In this document: piece by piece, positions 15,342 through 22,537 of the stretch
How positions within the stretch are numbered: the stretch's first letter is position 1
How the letters are laid out: every line of letters begins with the position of its first letter
IMG/VR virus record: IMGVR_UViG_3300020125_000155
Coordinates: 1 to 64,000 of that record
Strand: one strand, 5' to 3'
DNA: 64,000 bases
From: a virus
Translations under genes and position numbers: made by a program
Notes under the pieces: model-generated
Databases searched by the model: none
Seen by the model: the letters and a program-made list of their open reading frames with translations, nothing else
Told to the model about the DNA's origin: nothing

Positions 15342-15482
15342 ATGGCCGCAACGAGGAAAAATGTCGATAAGCTCATCAAGAGCCTAGAGACTGTTATTGC
15401 TAATGGTCACACTCTGATCCCGGTTAAAGCTGACGATCTGAGAATGTTGATTGAAGCTGCACGTCGCGCGACATTGCCTTAA
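15342..15482 (+). CDS. Hypothetical protein (46 aa)
   Basis: ATG 15342 after GGGGGAG. MAATRKNVDKLIKSLETVIANGHTLIPVKADDLRMLIEAARRATLP. Confidence 0.45.
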   Translation: MAATRKNVDKLIKSLETVIANGHTLIPVKADDLRMLIEAARRATLP

Positions 15483-15706
15483 TCAGTGGAAAACGAACAT
15501 GCTCAGGACATGGCGACGATTTATCGACTGGCTTAGACAGCCGGTAGAGAGCAGCATCGTAGCAGCACTATCATGACTGAACGCATCTGCAAACGCTCAC
15601 ACCGGCGCTCTTGGTTTCGCATTGGGCGCAAGATAAAGGGCAAATGGCGCTATTGGTGCTGGTGCGATATTTGCCGCAGAGAATGGCGACAGTGACATCA
15701 CATTAA

Positions 15707-15901
15707 ATGAGCCTCTTTATATCATACTGCGTTCTAGCAATAGGCTTGATGCTCAGTGCTGCTTGCTTTCGTATGGTTTACGAAGTCTGGCGCGGCCCAA
15801 AGCGACGTAGTGATACACGGCTACGGCTACGGCGACGGCGAGAGGTTAATCGAGACACCGTGCGCCTCGGCGGCTTTCAGGGGCAGGAGAAGTCAACGTG
15901 A
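15707..15901 (+). CDS. Small membrane-anchored Arg-rich protein (64 aa)
   Basis: N-terminal TM segment (LFISYCVLAIGLMLSAACF) and a stop overlapping the GTG start of the next gene. It contains a 21-nt copy of the GGCTAC/GGCGAC repeat, read in another frame. Confidence 0.45.
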   Translation: MSLFISYCVLAIGLMLSAACFRMVYEVWRGPKRRSDTRLRLRRRREVNRDTVRLGGFQGQEKST

Positions 15902-16203
15902 TAAATCATCCAAATCGGGGCAAGAAAAACAGCGAGCGAGCCGTTGTGGTGACGACTAGCCATCGGGGCGTGTTCTTTGGGTATGCCCACGACGTTGACG
16001 GCGAAATCATCAGGCTCCGGGCGGCCCGGAACTGCGTCTATTGGGCCTCGACCATTAAGGGCTTCATGGGGCTTGCCGCTACTGGCCCGAACAAAGATTG
16101 CAAAGTCGGCCCCGCCGCCGACATTTCGCTCCGTGATATTACGAGCGTCATGGAATGCACTCCCCAGGCAGTCCAGGCATGGGAGAGCGCGCCGTGGAAG
16201 TAA
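15898..16203 (+). CDS. Hypothetical phage protein (101 aa)
   Basis: GTG start with AGGAGA 7 nt upstream. VVVTTSHRGVFFGYAHD...ARNCVYWASTIKGFMGLAATGP looks like a conserved globular phage protein. Confidence 0.6.
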   Translation: MINHPNRGKKNSERAVVVTTSHRGVFFGYAHDVDGEIIRLRAARNCVYWASTIKGFMGLAATGPNKDCKVGPAADISLRDITSVMECTPQAVQAWESAPWK

Positions 16204-16748
16204 CTGCGCCAAATGTTATTCGGGGCACAGCCCCGAATCCCGCTCTCTTTGAAAAATACGGCTACGGCTACGGCTACGGCGACGGCGACGGCGACGGCTC
16301 CGGCTACGGCTACGGCGACGGCGACGGCTACGGCTACGGCGACGGCTACGGCTCCGGCTACGGCTACGGCTACGGCGACGGCTACGGCTACGGCTCTAAA
16401 GAGTATTGGCTGGCCACAATCGACGGCTTCGCGTCGAAGTGGCCAGAACATTTCCGCGGGAGGCTGGCAGAGTTACGCCAGCTTGGCGCGACGATTGCTT
16501 TCTGGCGATCCGGCAATGACGGGCAACCGTCGAATGGGGGCAAAAAGATCGAGGCCGCCGCGCCGGGTGTTATTCATACCGCGCCCGGTCCGCTCAATCT
16601 CTGCAACGCCGGGACACTGCACGCCACTTTGCTACCGCCGAAATGGGAAGGCTCGCGATGGTGGATCGTGGCGCTGACCGGACAGGTGATCGGCGACGAG
16701 GAAAAATATGGCGCGCTCAGCCGGGAAATTCTCGGCGAGTGTATCTGA
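16179..16748 (+). CDS. (Y/D/S-G)n repeat protein with conserved-looking C-terminal domain
   Basis: A 47-residue strict dipeptide repeat (YGYGYGYGDGDGDGSGYGYGDG...) is followed by a ~115-aa domain (PLNLCNAGTLHATLLPPKWEGSRWWIVALTG). The start is ambiguous: ATG 16179, or GTG 16194 with a GGGAGAG RBS. Confidence 0.6.
   Translation: MGERAVEVTAPNVIRGTAPNPALFEKYGYGYGYGDGDGDGSGYGYGDGDGYGYGDGYGSGYGYGYGDGYGYGSKEYWLATIDGFASKWPEHFRGRLAELRQLGATIAFWRSGNDGQPSNGGKKIEAAAPGVIHTAPGPLNLCNAGTLHATLLPPKWEGSRWWIVALTGQVIGDEEKYGALSREILGECI
16257..16397 (+). repeat. In-frame hexanucleotide tandem repeat (GGC-TAC/GAC/TCC), about 23 units
   Basis: Read directly from the sequence. Several other reading frames across it, on both strands, also lack stops, which creates spurious ORFs (AVAVAV on the minus strand, TATATA on the plus strand). 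Confidence 0.9.
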
Positions 16749-16770
16749 CGCATTCTGGGGAGATTAGTCG

Positions 16771-16818
16771 ATGACCGTAAGTAAGCTGACCGTAAGTAAG
16801 CTGCTTAGCTTGTGCTGA
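16771..16818 (+). CDS. 15-codon leader-like micro-ORF built on a 15-bp tandem duplication
   Basis: MTVSKLTVSKLLSLC. GGGGAG lies 8 nt upstream, the perfect direct repeat GACCGTAAGTAAGCT x2 spans 16773-16802, and the stop abuts the TTG start of the next gene. Confidence 0.3.
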   Translation: MTVSKLTVSKLLSLC

Positions 16819-17010
16819 TTGTGCACGAAGCATGGTCGGCAGGCGCGAACGCGACCAAAAAGATTAACAGTCGCGCAAGTCGCACAAATTCGCGCGCTCA
16901 AGGGAAAGGTTACGCAAGCAGAATTGGCCCGACGCTACGGCATGAAAGTCGGCTGCATTGAATACTGGCATCGCCACGATAGGCCGCCAGAGCGACTCAT
17001 TTCTACCTGA
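16819..17010 (+). CDS. Small HTH protein (63 aa)
   Basis: TTG start. LTVAQVAQIRALKGKVTQAELARRYGMKVGCIEYW is helix-turn-helix-like. Confidence 0.45.
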   Translation: MCTKHGRQARTRPKRLTVAQVAQIRALKGKVTQAELARRYGMKVGCIEYWHRHDRPPERLIST

Positions 17011-17333
17011 TGACCGAGGGGAACATGAGATTTGAACCCATGACGGTTGACTTGACTGCGGAGCTTGAAAAGAAAAAGCAGTTACAAGCCGAGATCGCCA
17101 GATTGCAGAATGAACTGGACCTGCTAAAGCGCGACCACGCTTCCCTGCTCGTCATGTTCAATGAGCGGTCGGATAGTATTGGCGCTCTGCAATCGGAGAG
17201 CGCCCGCCAGCGCGCGGCGCTTGAGCGGCTTCGTAAATTGTTCGCTCACATCGAGGGCATAAACGACGAGCGCGATGCTGTGCCAATCTTGTTGGAAGCA
17301 CGCCGCATTATTAAGCAGTCAATCGAGAAATAA
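17010..17333 (+). CDS. Coiled-coil protein (107 aa)
   Basis: Heptad-like LEKKKQLQAEIARLQNELDLLKRD. The start may instead be ATG 17025. Confidence 0.55.
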   Translation: MTEGNMRFEPMTVDLTAELEKKKQLQAEIARLQNELDLLKRDHASLLVMFNERSDSIGALQSESARQRAALERLRKLFAHIEGINDERDAVPILLEARRIIKQSIEK

Positions 17334-17342
17334 CTTGGTTGC

Positions 17343-17519
17343 ATGAAAGCCATCCTCATCGCCATCGCCCTCTGCTACACGCAGCGCCAAGCGCCAAAAA
17401 CGCATTACACCTACTGCGTCTGCTTCTATGGCGGCTATCACACTTGCACGGTCAACGTGTCGTGCGAGGCGAGCGGTGGGCGCTGCGAAATACCGTGTAA
17501 GCGTGAGGAGCAAAGATGA
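17343..17519 (+). CDS. Cys-rich small protein with signal-like N-terminus (58 aa)
   Basis: MKAILIAIALCYTQ... with 7 Cys. ATGA-coupled to the next gene. No obvious SD. Confidence 0.35.
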   Translation: MKAILIAIALCYTQRQAPKTHYTYCVCFYGGYHTCTVNVSCEASGGRCEIPCKREEQR

Positions 17520-17773
17520 CAACCAGCACAGACTTCAAGAGCGGGTACGATGCCGCCAGCAGAGCGAAGCAGCGAATCATTGATGCGCTTGAACAACAGA
17601 ACACGGGATTGCGCGCGGCGCTTGAGGAATGCAGCAAGCTAGTTAATTCGGGCCACCACTACCACGCCATTTTTGACGCGGTTAACGTGGTTACTACTAA
17701 CGCGCTCGCTAATCCTGCGGCGGCTCCCACCACAACGGCGGCTTCGGTGTCTCATCCGGCCAGCAAGAGATAA
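17516..17773 (+). CDS. Hypothetical protein (85 aa)
   Basis: GAGGAG RBS. Last gene of the plus-strand early block. Confidence 0.55.
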   Translation: MTTSTDFKSGYDAASRAKQRIIDALEQQNTGLRAALEECSKLVNSGHHYHAIFDAVNVVTTNALANPAAAPTTTAASVSHPASKR

Positions 17774-17776
17774 TCA

Positions 17777-17803
17777 GCGCAGCGGCTATGACGACCGCCG
17801 CGC
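17777..17803. terminator. Imperfect hairpin between convergent early and late operons
   Basis: GCGCAGCGG-N9-CCGCCGCGC (one mismatch). No U-tract. Confidence 0.25.
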
Positions 17804-17820
17804 CGATTCGCAGCCAGAGT

Positions 17821-18324
17821 TTAAGCCCCTGCATATCTGACGCGGTGATGATGGCTATGAGCGATGCGGACATGATGGCGGCGTTCCCTTACCGCAACTT
17901 TTGAACCGTGCGGATTGACCACAGTATAGCCCGCTAATGATATGTGATGCACTCTAGTTTGGTGCCCTCCGCTATTGGCGTCATAGGCGTTAACCATTCC
18001 GCCGCCGAGTACGTCCAGAATCACGAATACATGATGGCTCCGTACTGCCGCCATTCCCGGCGCAGCCGCAGCACGCGGGAACCGGAACCAATTGGACGCT
18101 AGGTAAAGATCTCGTACCGGATGCCCGAATATCTTGGCACTAGCCCCGCAGCCGCAGAACGACGTGCGCGGGCAACCGGCAGGATGGGCGACGATGCTGC
18201 CGCTATCGTAACCGTGCCCCCGGTGATGTGAGTAATGATGTGAGTGGTGTCTGTGGTGAGACTTGGCTTCGGCATAACCCAGACTAAGGACAAGCATAAT
18301 CGACGCGAGAATAAGCTTTCGCAC
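17821..18324 (-). CDS. Secreted NlpC/P60- or CHAP-like cysteine peptidase with His-rich termini
   Basis: Signal peptide MRKLILASIMLVLSLGYAEA. Mature N-terminus KSHHRHHSHHYSHHRGHG. Cys motif SFCGCGAS, His motif SHHVFVILD, and the tail RRHHVRIAHSHHHRV. Confidence 0.5.
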   Translation of the reverse strand: MRKLILASIMLVLSLGYAEAKSHHRHHSHHYSHHRGHGYDSGSIVAHPAGCPRTSFCGCGASAKIFGHPVRDLYLASNWFRFPRAAAAPGMAAVRSHHVFVILDVLGGGMVNAYDANSGGHQTRVHHISLAGYTVVNPHGSKVAVRERRHHVRIAHSHHHRVRYAGA

Positions 18325-18392
18325 GATACCCTCCAGCCATTGTTGGGAAGAATCAGATTGTCGCGTAGAACACTACAGAGGTCAAGGTGGGG

Positions 18393-18824
18393 CTAACGCC
18401 TAAAATACATATCGAAGATCACCGCGAGTAGCCCTGCTGCGCCAAACAGATAGCCGACCATTTCCTTCATGCCAACGCCGCGTGCCAGTTGTGAAATTGT
18501 GGTTTCTCTCAAGCCCTTTAACTCAGTTTTTAGTCCCTCAATTTGAAGATCAACAACGCGACCGACAGCAAAAGTCTTGGCTTGGTCGAGACTCATGGTG
18601 CGGATTTCATTCAGGCTTTTAAGGTGCGAATCAACCTCAGTCTTAGCCACCACCGTTGCTTCTTTGGCGGCAGCAAGCGCGGCAACAACAGCATCATCTT
18701 GTCCTCTCGCCCGTTGCTCATAACGCTTGTCGCGCTCGTCCATAAGCTTTTCAAAGGCGGCTAAATTGGCTTCAAGCGCGCGGACCTCTGCAATCAGGTC
18801 GGCATGGGAGCATTTCTCAACCAT
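18393..18824 (-). CDS. Coiled-coil protein with C-terminal TM anchor (143 aa)
   Basis: Long helical region followed by GYLFGAAGLLAVIFDMYF at the C-terminus. Confidence 0.6.
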   Translation of the reverse strand: MVEKCSHADLIAEVRALEANLAAFEKLMDERDKRYEQRARGQDDAVVAALAAAKEATVVAKTEVDSHLKSLNEIRTMSLDQAKTFAVGRVVDLQIEGLKTELKGLRETTISQLARGVGMKEMVGYLFGAAGLLAVIFDMYFRR

Positions 18825-18825
18825 C

Positions 18826-19029
18826 TCACCGCTGAGCCTGTCCCATTATCATCGCCATAAATCCGCAGACACCCATTGTCGCGCCGGAAATAGCCTGCCA
18901 CTTGTCGGGCCAGATATTCCACGCAACCCCAGTACCGGATAAACCCATACCAGCCCACGTCGCAGGCTCACACAATCGGTCGCTGAGCATTGCAAAGAAA
19001 CTGCGGCGCTTGGGGCGCTTTCTTTTCAT
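18826..19029 (-). CDS. Small membrane protein (67 aa), holin-like
   Basis: Basic N-terminus and two hydrophobic stretches (ATWAGMGLSGTGVAWNIW, ISGATMGVCGFMAMIM). Confidence 0.45.
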   Translation of the reverse strand: MKRKRPKRRSFFAMLSDRLCEPATWAGMGLSGTGVAWNIWPDKWQAISGATMGVCGFMAMIMGQAQR

Positions 19030-19295
19030 CGCGCTTTAATCCTCACGTCGTATTCTCCGTTTGGTAATTCTCTCGCTCTCACGACATAAAAGAAAAATGG
19101 CCTACCGTTATAAACAACGCCCTTCGGCAACGGCTTCGTCTTATCCGGCCAAAGCTCGCTCGCAAGGTAGCCGATTGGAGGATAAATCGAAGAGGCGCGG
19201 GCATGAGCCATCAAGGTCAAAAGCGATATGGCAATCGCAAGTAAGCTAAATACGACAGAAATTGTATTGAGCACGCTCTTTGTTTTTTCCGTCAT
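19026..19295 (-). CDS. N-terminally anchored membrane protein (89 aa)
   Basis: ATG 19295, ATGA-coupled to the upstream gene. TM segment VLNTISVVFSLLAIAISLLTLMA. Confidence 0.5.
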   Translation of the reverse strand: MTEKTKSVLNTISVVFSLLAIAISLLTLMAHARASSIYPPIGYLASELWPDKTKPLPKGVVYNGRPFFFYVVRARELPNGEYDVRIKAR

Positions 19296-20044
19296 AGCGT
19301 CCTCATGGCCTGTTGCAACGTGGCGTAGTCGAACCCGTCGGGCGATTTCTGGTTTACGATAGCTTCTTGCGAAAGATAGGTCCGCGCCTCGTCGCAGAAG
19401 GTGGAGAAAAACCGCAACGTCATTGGCTGTGTCTTGCCCCACGTCACGACGTAGAGCATGTCGCGCTTGGCAATCATCGGGACGTAATGCCCGCCCTCGA
19501 TTGGCGAGCCCTCAACAACGTCCCACGGCTGACCGGCCTCGAATTGATCCATTGCCGATGCCGGAAGCTGCAAGCCGATGCCGACAATATCGAACAGATA
19601 AAGCGCCTGCCATAAATGCGAGACATTGCCGGGTGTCAGTCCAAGCGATGCCGCGACCTTGTGACGGTTGCCCTTGGCGTCGAGCAGTCCCGTGGTGCGC
19701 CGGTAGTTCGCGGCGTCTTGGACGTTTGTGCCTTGGTCTGTCGCGGGATTGGACGGGTCGTAGCCGGTGACGGCGGAATAGTCGCTCAATACGCTGGCGT
19801 CAGTGAACGGAATAGCGTTACCGACTTCCATATTGAGCAGCATCGTTTCGTGGGCACCACCAGCGAATACGCAATCCCCCGCAGTTTTATTCCCAAGCAT
19901 CCCCCATGCGTCATGGCCGATTACGTCCTCATGCCCGAACGCGGCAGGTGGCGGCGGCAGTGCAGTAGGATCAACCAAAGCCTCAAGCGAAAACTTCTTG
20001 GGGTAAGGCGTCGCGTCGGTCTTTCCCAATTTGTAATCAGCCAT
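19292..20044 (-). CDS. Papain-fold (C1-like) cysteine peptidase candidate
   Basis: WGMLGNKTAGDCVFAGGAHE (Cys), EGGHYVPMIA (His) and YVVTWG (papain NSWG-like) occur in the papain order. Confidence 0.55.
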   Translation of the reverse strand: MADYKLGKTDATPYPKKFSLEALVDPTALPPPPAAFGHEDVIGHDAWGMLGNKTAGDCVFAGGAHETMLLNMEVGNAIPFTDASVLSDYSAVTGYDPSNPATDQGTNVQDAANYRRTTGLLDAKGNRHKVAASLGLTPGNVSHLWQALYLFDIVGIGLQLPASAMDQFEAGQPWDVVEGSPIEGGHYVPMIAKRDMLYVVTWGKTQPMTLRFFSTFCDEARTYLSQEAIVNQKSPDGFDYATLQQAMRTL

Positions 20045-20216
20045 GTGGCACTGCCTCTCCGTTCGGTTCGACCGTCACGCGATCGATATTGCCGTCCTGC
20101 CGAACTCGCTTCATCACCACCGGGCCGCCAAATGCCAGCTTGTCCGGGGCCGGTTCGATCTGCCAGCCCTCGGACAATAGCTGCTTGACGGTACTCGCCT
20201 GCTCAAACGATGCCAT
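20037..20216 (-). CDS. Hypothetical protein (59 aa)
   Basis: ATG 20216 shares one nt with the upstream stop (TAATG). MASFEQASTVKQLLSEGWQIEP... Confidence 0.45.
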   Translation of the reverse strand: MASFEQASTVKQLLSEGWQIEPAPDKLAFGGPVVMKRVRQDGNIDRVTVEPNGEAVPHG

Positions 20217-20548
20217 TACTGCGTTTTGACGAAGTGAATGACCACGTTGTTGATCACCGTTGTCTGCCACGGTGACGCGCCGAACCTATGCGACGCAACT
20301 GGCGGGACTTGATTGATAAAGTTGCAGGTCGCCGTTGCGATTGACAGTGCAGTGGCACCAATCGGGAAGGTCGAAATCAACTGCGCTATGGCTCCGGTCG
20401 AATTGTCCACAATAGCGTGGCACACCACTTGAATGTCGGTAATAACCGCGTTCACGTCGGCAGTCGCCGTTGCGATCTGCGTTGCCGTACAAGCCGTCAG
20501 TGAACCACCGAACAGCATTGCCAGCAAAAACATCCTGATTCTGTGCAT
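20216..20548 (-). CDS. Lipoprotein (110 aa)
   Basis: MHRIRMFLLAMLFGGSLTAC has a lipobox-like LTAC. Confidence 0.55.
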   Translation of the reverse strand: MHRIRMFLLAMLFGGSLTACTATQIATATADVNAVITDIQVVCHAIVDNSTGAIAQLISTFPIGATALSIATATCNFINQVPPVASHRFGASPWQTTVINNVVIHFVKTQ

Positions 20549-20561
20549 TGGGGTATTCCTT

Positions 20562-20777
20562 CTAGCTTTCCTCAGTAAAGATTGCGTTGCCGTTTTCAAT
20601 GGTCAGCTTCACGTTTCCCGCCAGCGGGAATCTAATCGGCAAGGGGAATGTTACGGGCCGATTACTGGGGTGGTCGGTCATTGTAAAACCGTACTGCTTG
20701 AAAACGGCGTATAAATCGTCCTCCGACAGAGACGCTATGGCTTCGGGATCACCAAGGATTGTCGCCTTGATGTTCAC
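20562..20777 (-). CDS. Hypothetical protein (71 aa)
   Basis: ORF in an operon of coupled small genes. Confidence 0.5.
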   Translation of the reverse strand: MNIKATILGDPEAIASLSEDDLYAVFKQYGFTMTDHPSNRPVTFPLPIRFPLAGNVKLTIENGNAIFTEES

Positions 20778-21013
20778 GACGGGGGCGCGGTCAGGCGTTT
20801 TAGGCCGGTCGAGACATTGGACGGGGCATCGTAAAGGCCAAACACGACGTTGCCGGTTGCCAAAAGAAATAGCTCGTCCGCCGCTACCGTTTTAACGGTA
20901 TCAATAGTCTCGGGCGGGAGATTACCCCACTGGACCGCACCCGCACCAATTCCTGTCAAAACCAGTGCGATGAAATTGCACCACTTTCCGATTCTCGGGT
21001 CGATTCCACTCAT
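20774..21013 (-). CDS. Small membrane protein (79 aa), holin candidate
   Basis: Hydrophobic WCNFIALVLTGIGAGAV and LFLLATGNVVFGLY. ATGA coupling on both sides. Confidence 0.5.
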   Translation of the reverse strand: MSGIDPRIGKWCNFIALVLTGIGAGAVQWGNLPPETIDTVKTVAADELFLLATGNVVFGLYDAPSNVSTGLKRLTAPPS

Positions 21014-21219
21014 GGCGCTCTCCCAGCTTTACTTGTTTGTGCTCTGACAACTGCTTTTGCTATCTCATCGGATAGCACGTTTACCCTCTGGTCGGTGATG
21101 TATTGGTCAACCAGAGCTTCCTCCCAGCCGGGGAGTTCAAAGCTGTTCACCATTTCCACAATACCGGATTTGGCGGCGCGGAAGGCGGCGACGAATTGAG
21201 CTTGTGTTGGGTTAGCCAT
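21010..21219 (-). CDS. Hypothetical protein (69 aa)
   Basis: Coupled ORF. No family recognised. Confidence 0.5.
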   Translation of the reverse strand: MANPTQAQFVAAFRAAKSGIVEMVNSFELPGWEEALVDQYITDQRVNVLSDEIAKAVVRAQTSKAGRAP

Positions 21220-21890
21220 TAGTATGCCGATTGTCCGTGGTAGCGGACTATAACACGCGGTCGCCCAAATACGCTAATTCCGGCTAATTTGCGTCCCGAA
21301 CTGGTAACTACTGTCACAGCCCGCACAATGTCGTTTACCGCGTCCGGGTCATGGTCGCTGCACGTATGGCAGTCAGGACGCTCGATAAAGGTCAGATTGG
21401 CGGGGTTAAACCCGGGGCCAGGAACCAGCCTGCCGCAGCCTAGCCCCCCAGTATCGGCGCAATTCGGGTTATAGGTCTCCTGGGCCCGCAAGACATTGCC
21501 GGGGATGGGAATACCCCCGCACCATTCCGACACCTGTATGACCGCTATTAGGTCAATGCGATGCCTTGTACCGGCAGCAACGTCCGGGGCATGGTTTGCC
21601 CCGCAGGAGAACCCAATAACGACCTCTTTAACCGTGGCAGGATCGGCACTTATCGCATTCGCTACGGATTGCGTGTCCGTATATTGGTAAATAACGACAC
21701 GGGTAACGCTGGGGATTCTAGCCACTCTTGCCGCGATGTTATCCATTCCCCCATTGTCAAAAGCCTCCCCGCCAAGCGGCAGAAGGGCATAAACATGGGT
21801 TCCGCTCGTAGAGCTAGGGTCCGGTACAGGGATTACCGGGGCTGTGGCGCAGCCAGCAAGCACCAGCGCGGCAAAAATCGTCGCTCTCAT
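21219..21890 (-). CDS. Lipoprotein with G-x-S-x-G nucleophile-elbow motif (putative esterase/lipase-fold)
   Basis: MRATIFAALVLAGCATAP (lipobox LAGC). VVIGFSCGAN contains GFSCG. It lies directly downstream of the endolysin gene. Confidence 0.5.
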   Translation of the reverse strand: MRATIFAALVLAGCATAPVIPVPDPSSTSGTHVYALLPLGGEAFDNGGMDNIAARVARIPSVTRVVIYQYTDTQSVANAISADPATVKEVVIGFSCGANHAPDVAAGTRHRIDLIAVIQVSEWCGGIPIPGNVLRAQETYNPNCADTGGLGCGRLVPGPGFNPANLTFIERPDCHTCSDHDPDAVNDIVRAVTVVTSSGRKLAGISVFGRPRVIVRYHGQSAY

Positions 21891-22537
21891 CGTCCAACCC
21901 CCATAACTTGAAGGTCTTGAGGATCGTAAGCCTTCCCGTAGGCAAGGGGAATACGATCATATTTCGCCGTATAGCCCTCTAGTGGTGCCTTGGCGGGTGG
22001 GAAAGCTAAGCCCAAGCTATAGGCCCGCAAATCTACAATCCGCGCTGACCAGCCGCCGCGATAGACCGGCCAAGTCCCCAAGCCCTGCAAAAATCTAAGC
22101 CGCGCGTCACAGAGACCGTTGATAAACGCCCGTGGCTCACAGCCGTTGATTGCGGTCAGCGTCTTATTGCCGAGTATTCCATCAATATCGCTACCCGTAA
22201 AACCAACTACCCTTTGTGCGTACTTGACCGAGCGAGACGGGCCAGAGTTCACCCCAAAGTCAAACACCACACAATCCGCGCCCACGTTGAGAGCGTTAAA
22301 GGCGCAAGCCGTAGCGTATTTGGTAGCATAAATATCGTCGGCTTCCGACAACGGCATTGCCCGGACCAGTGGTGCCCATCGCACCATGGAATCCATAGCC
22401 TCATGGCGATGCTCCGCTAGGTCGTAACAAGTAATTCCGTATTTGGTCGGTCCACCGGGGTCGTTACGGTCCCAGCCATAGCCCCCTTCGTAGCGCCCCA
22501 CCATTCTTTCAACGAAAGCTTTATAATCAATTATCAT
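21887..22537 (-). CDS. Endolysin, GH108 N-terminal domain plus PG_binding_3-like C-terminus
   Basis: 216 aa from ATG 22537 (ATGA-coupled). RYEGGYGWDRNDPGGPTKYGIT is the GH108 signature. The C-terminal RLRFLQGLGTWPVYRGGWSARI is peptidoglycan-binding-like. Confidence 0.8.
   Translation of the reverse strand: MIIDYKAFVERMVGRYEGGYGWDRNDPGGPTKYGITCYDLAEHRHEAMDSMVRWAPLVRAMPLSEADDIYATKYATACAFNALNVGADCVVFDFGVNSGPSRSVKYAQRVVGFTGSDIDGILGNKTLTAINGCEPRAFINGLCDARLRFLQGLGTWPVYRGGWSARIVDLRAYSLGLAFPPAKAPLEGYTAKYDRIPLAYGKAYDPQDLQVMGVGR

Noticed and set aside
16038-16677. Long ORFs across the hexamer repeat in other frames: 137-aa minus-strand AVAVAV... and 154-aa plus-strand TATATA...
   Set aside because: They exist only because the GGCNAC repeat has no stops in those frames. 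Outside the repeat they read as low-quality sequence, and they lack RBS and coupling. The YG frame continues into a globular-looking domain.
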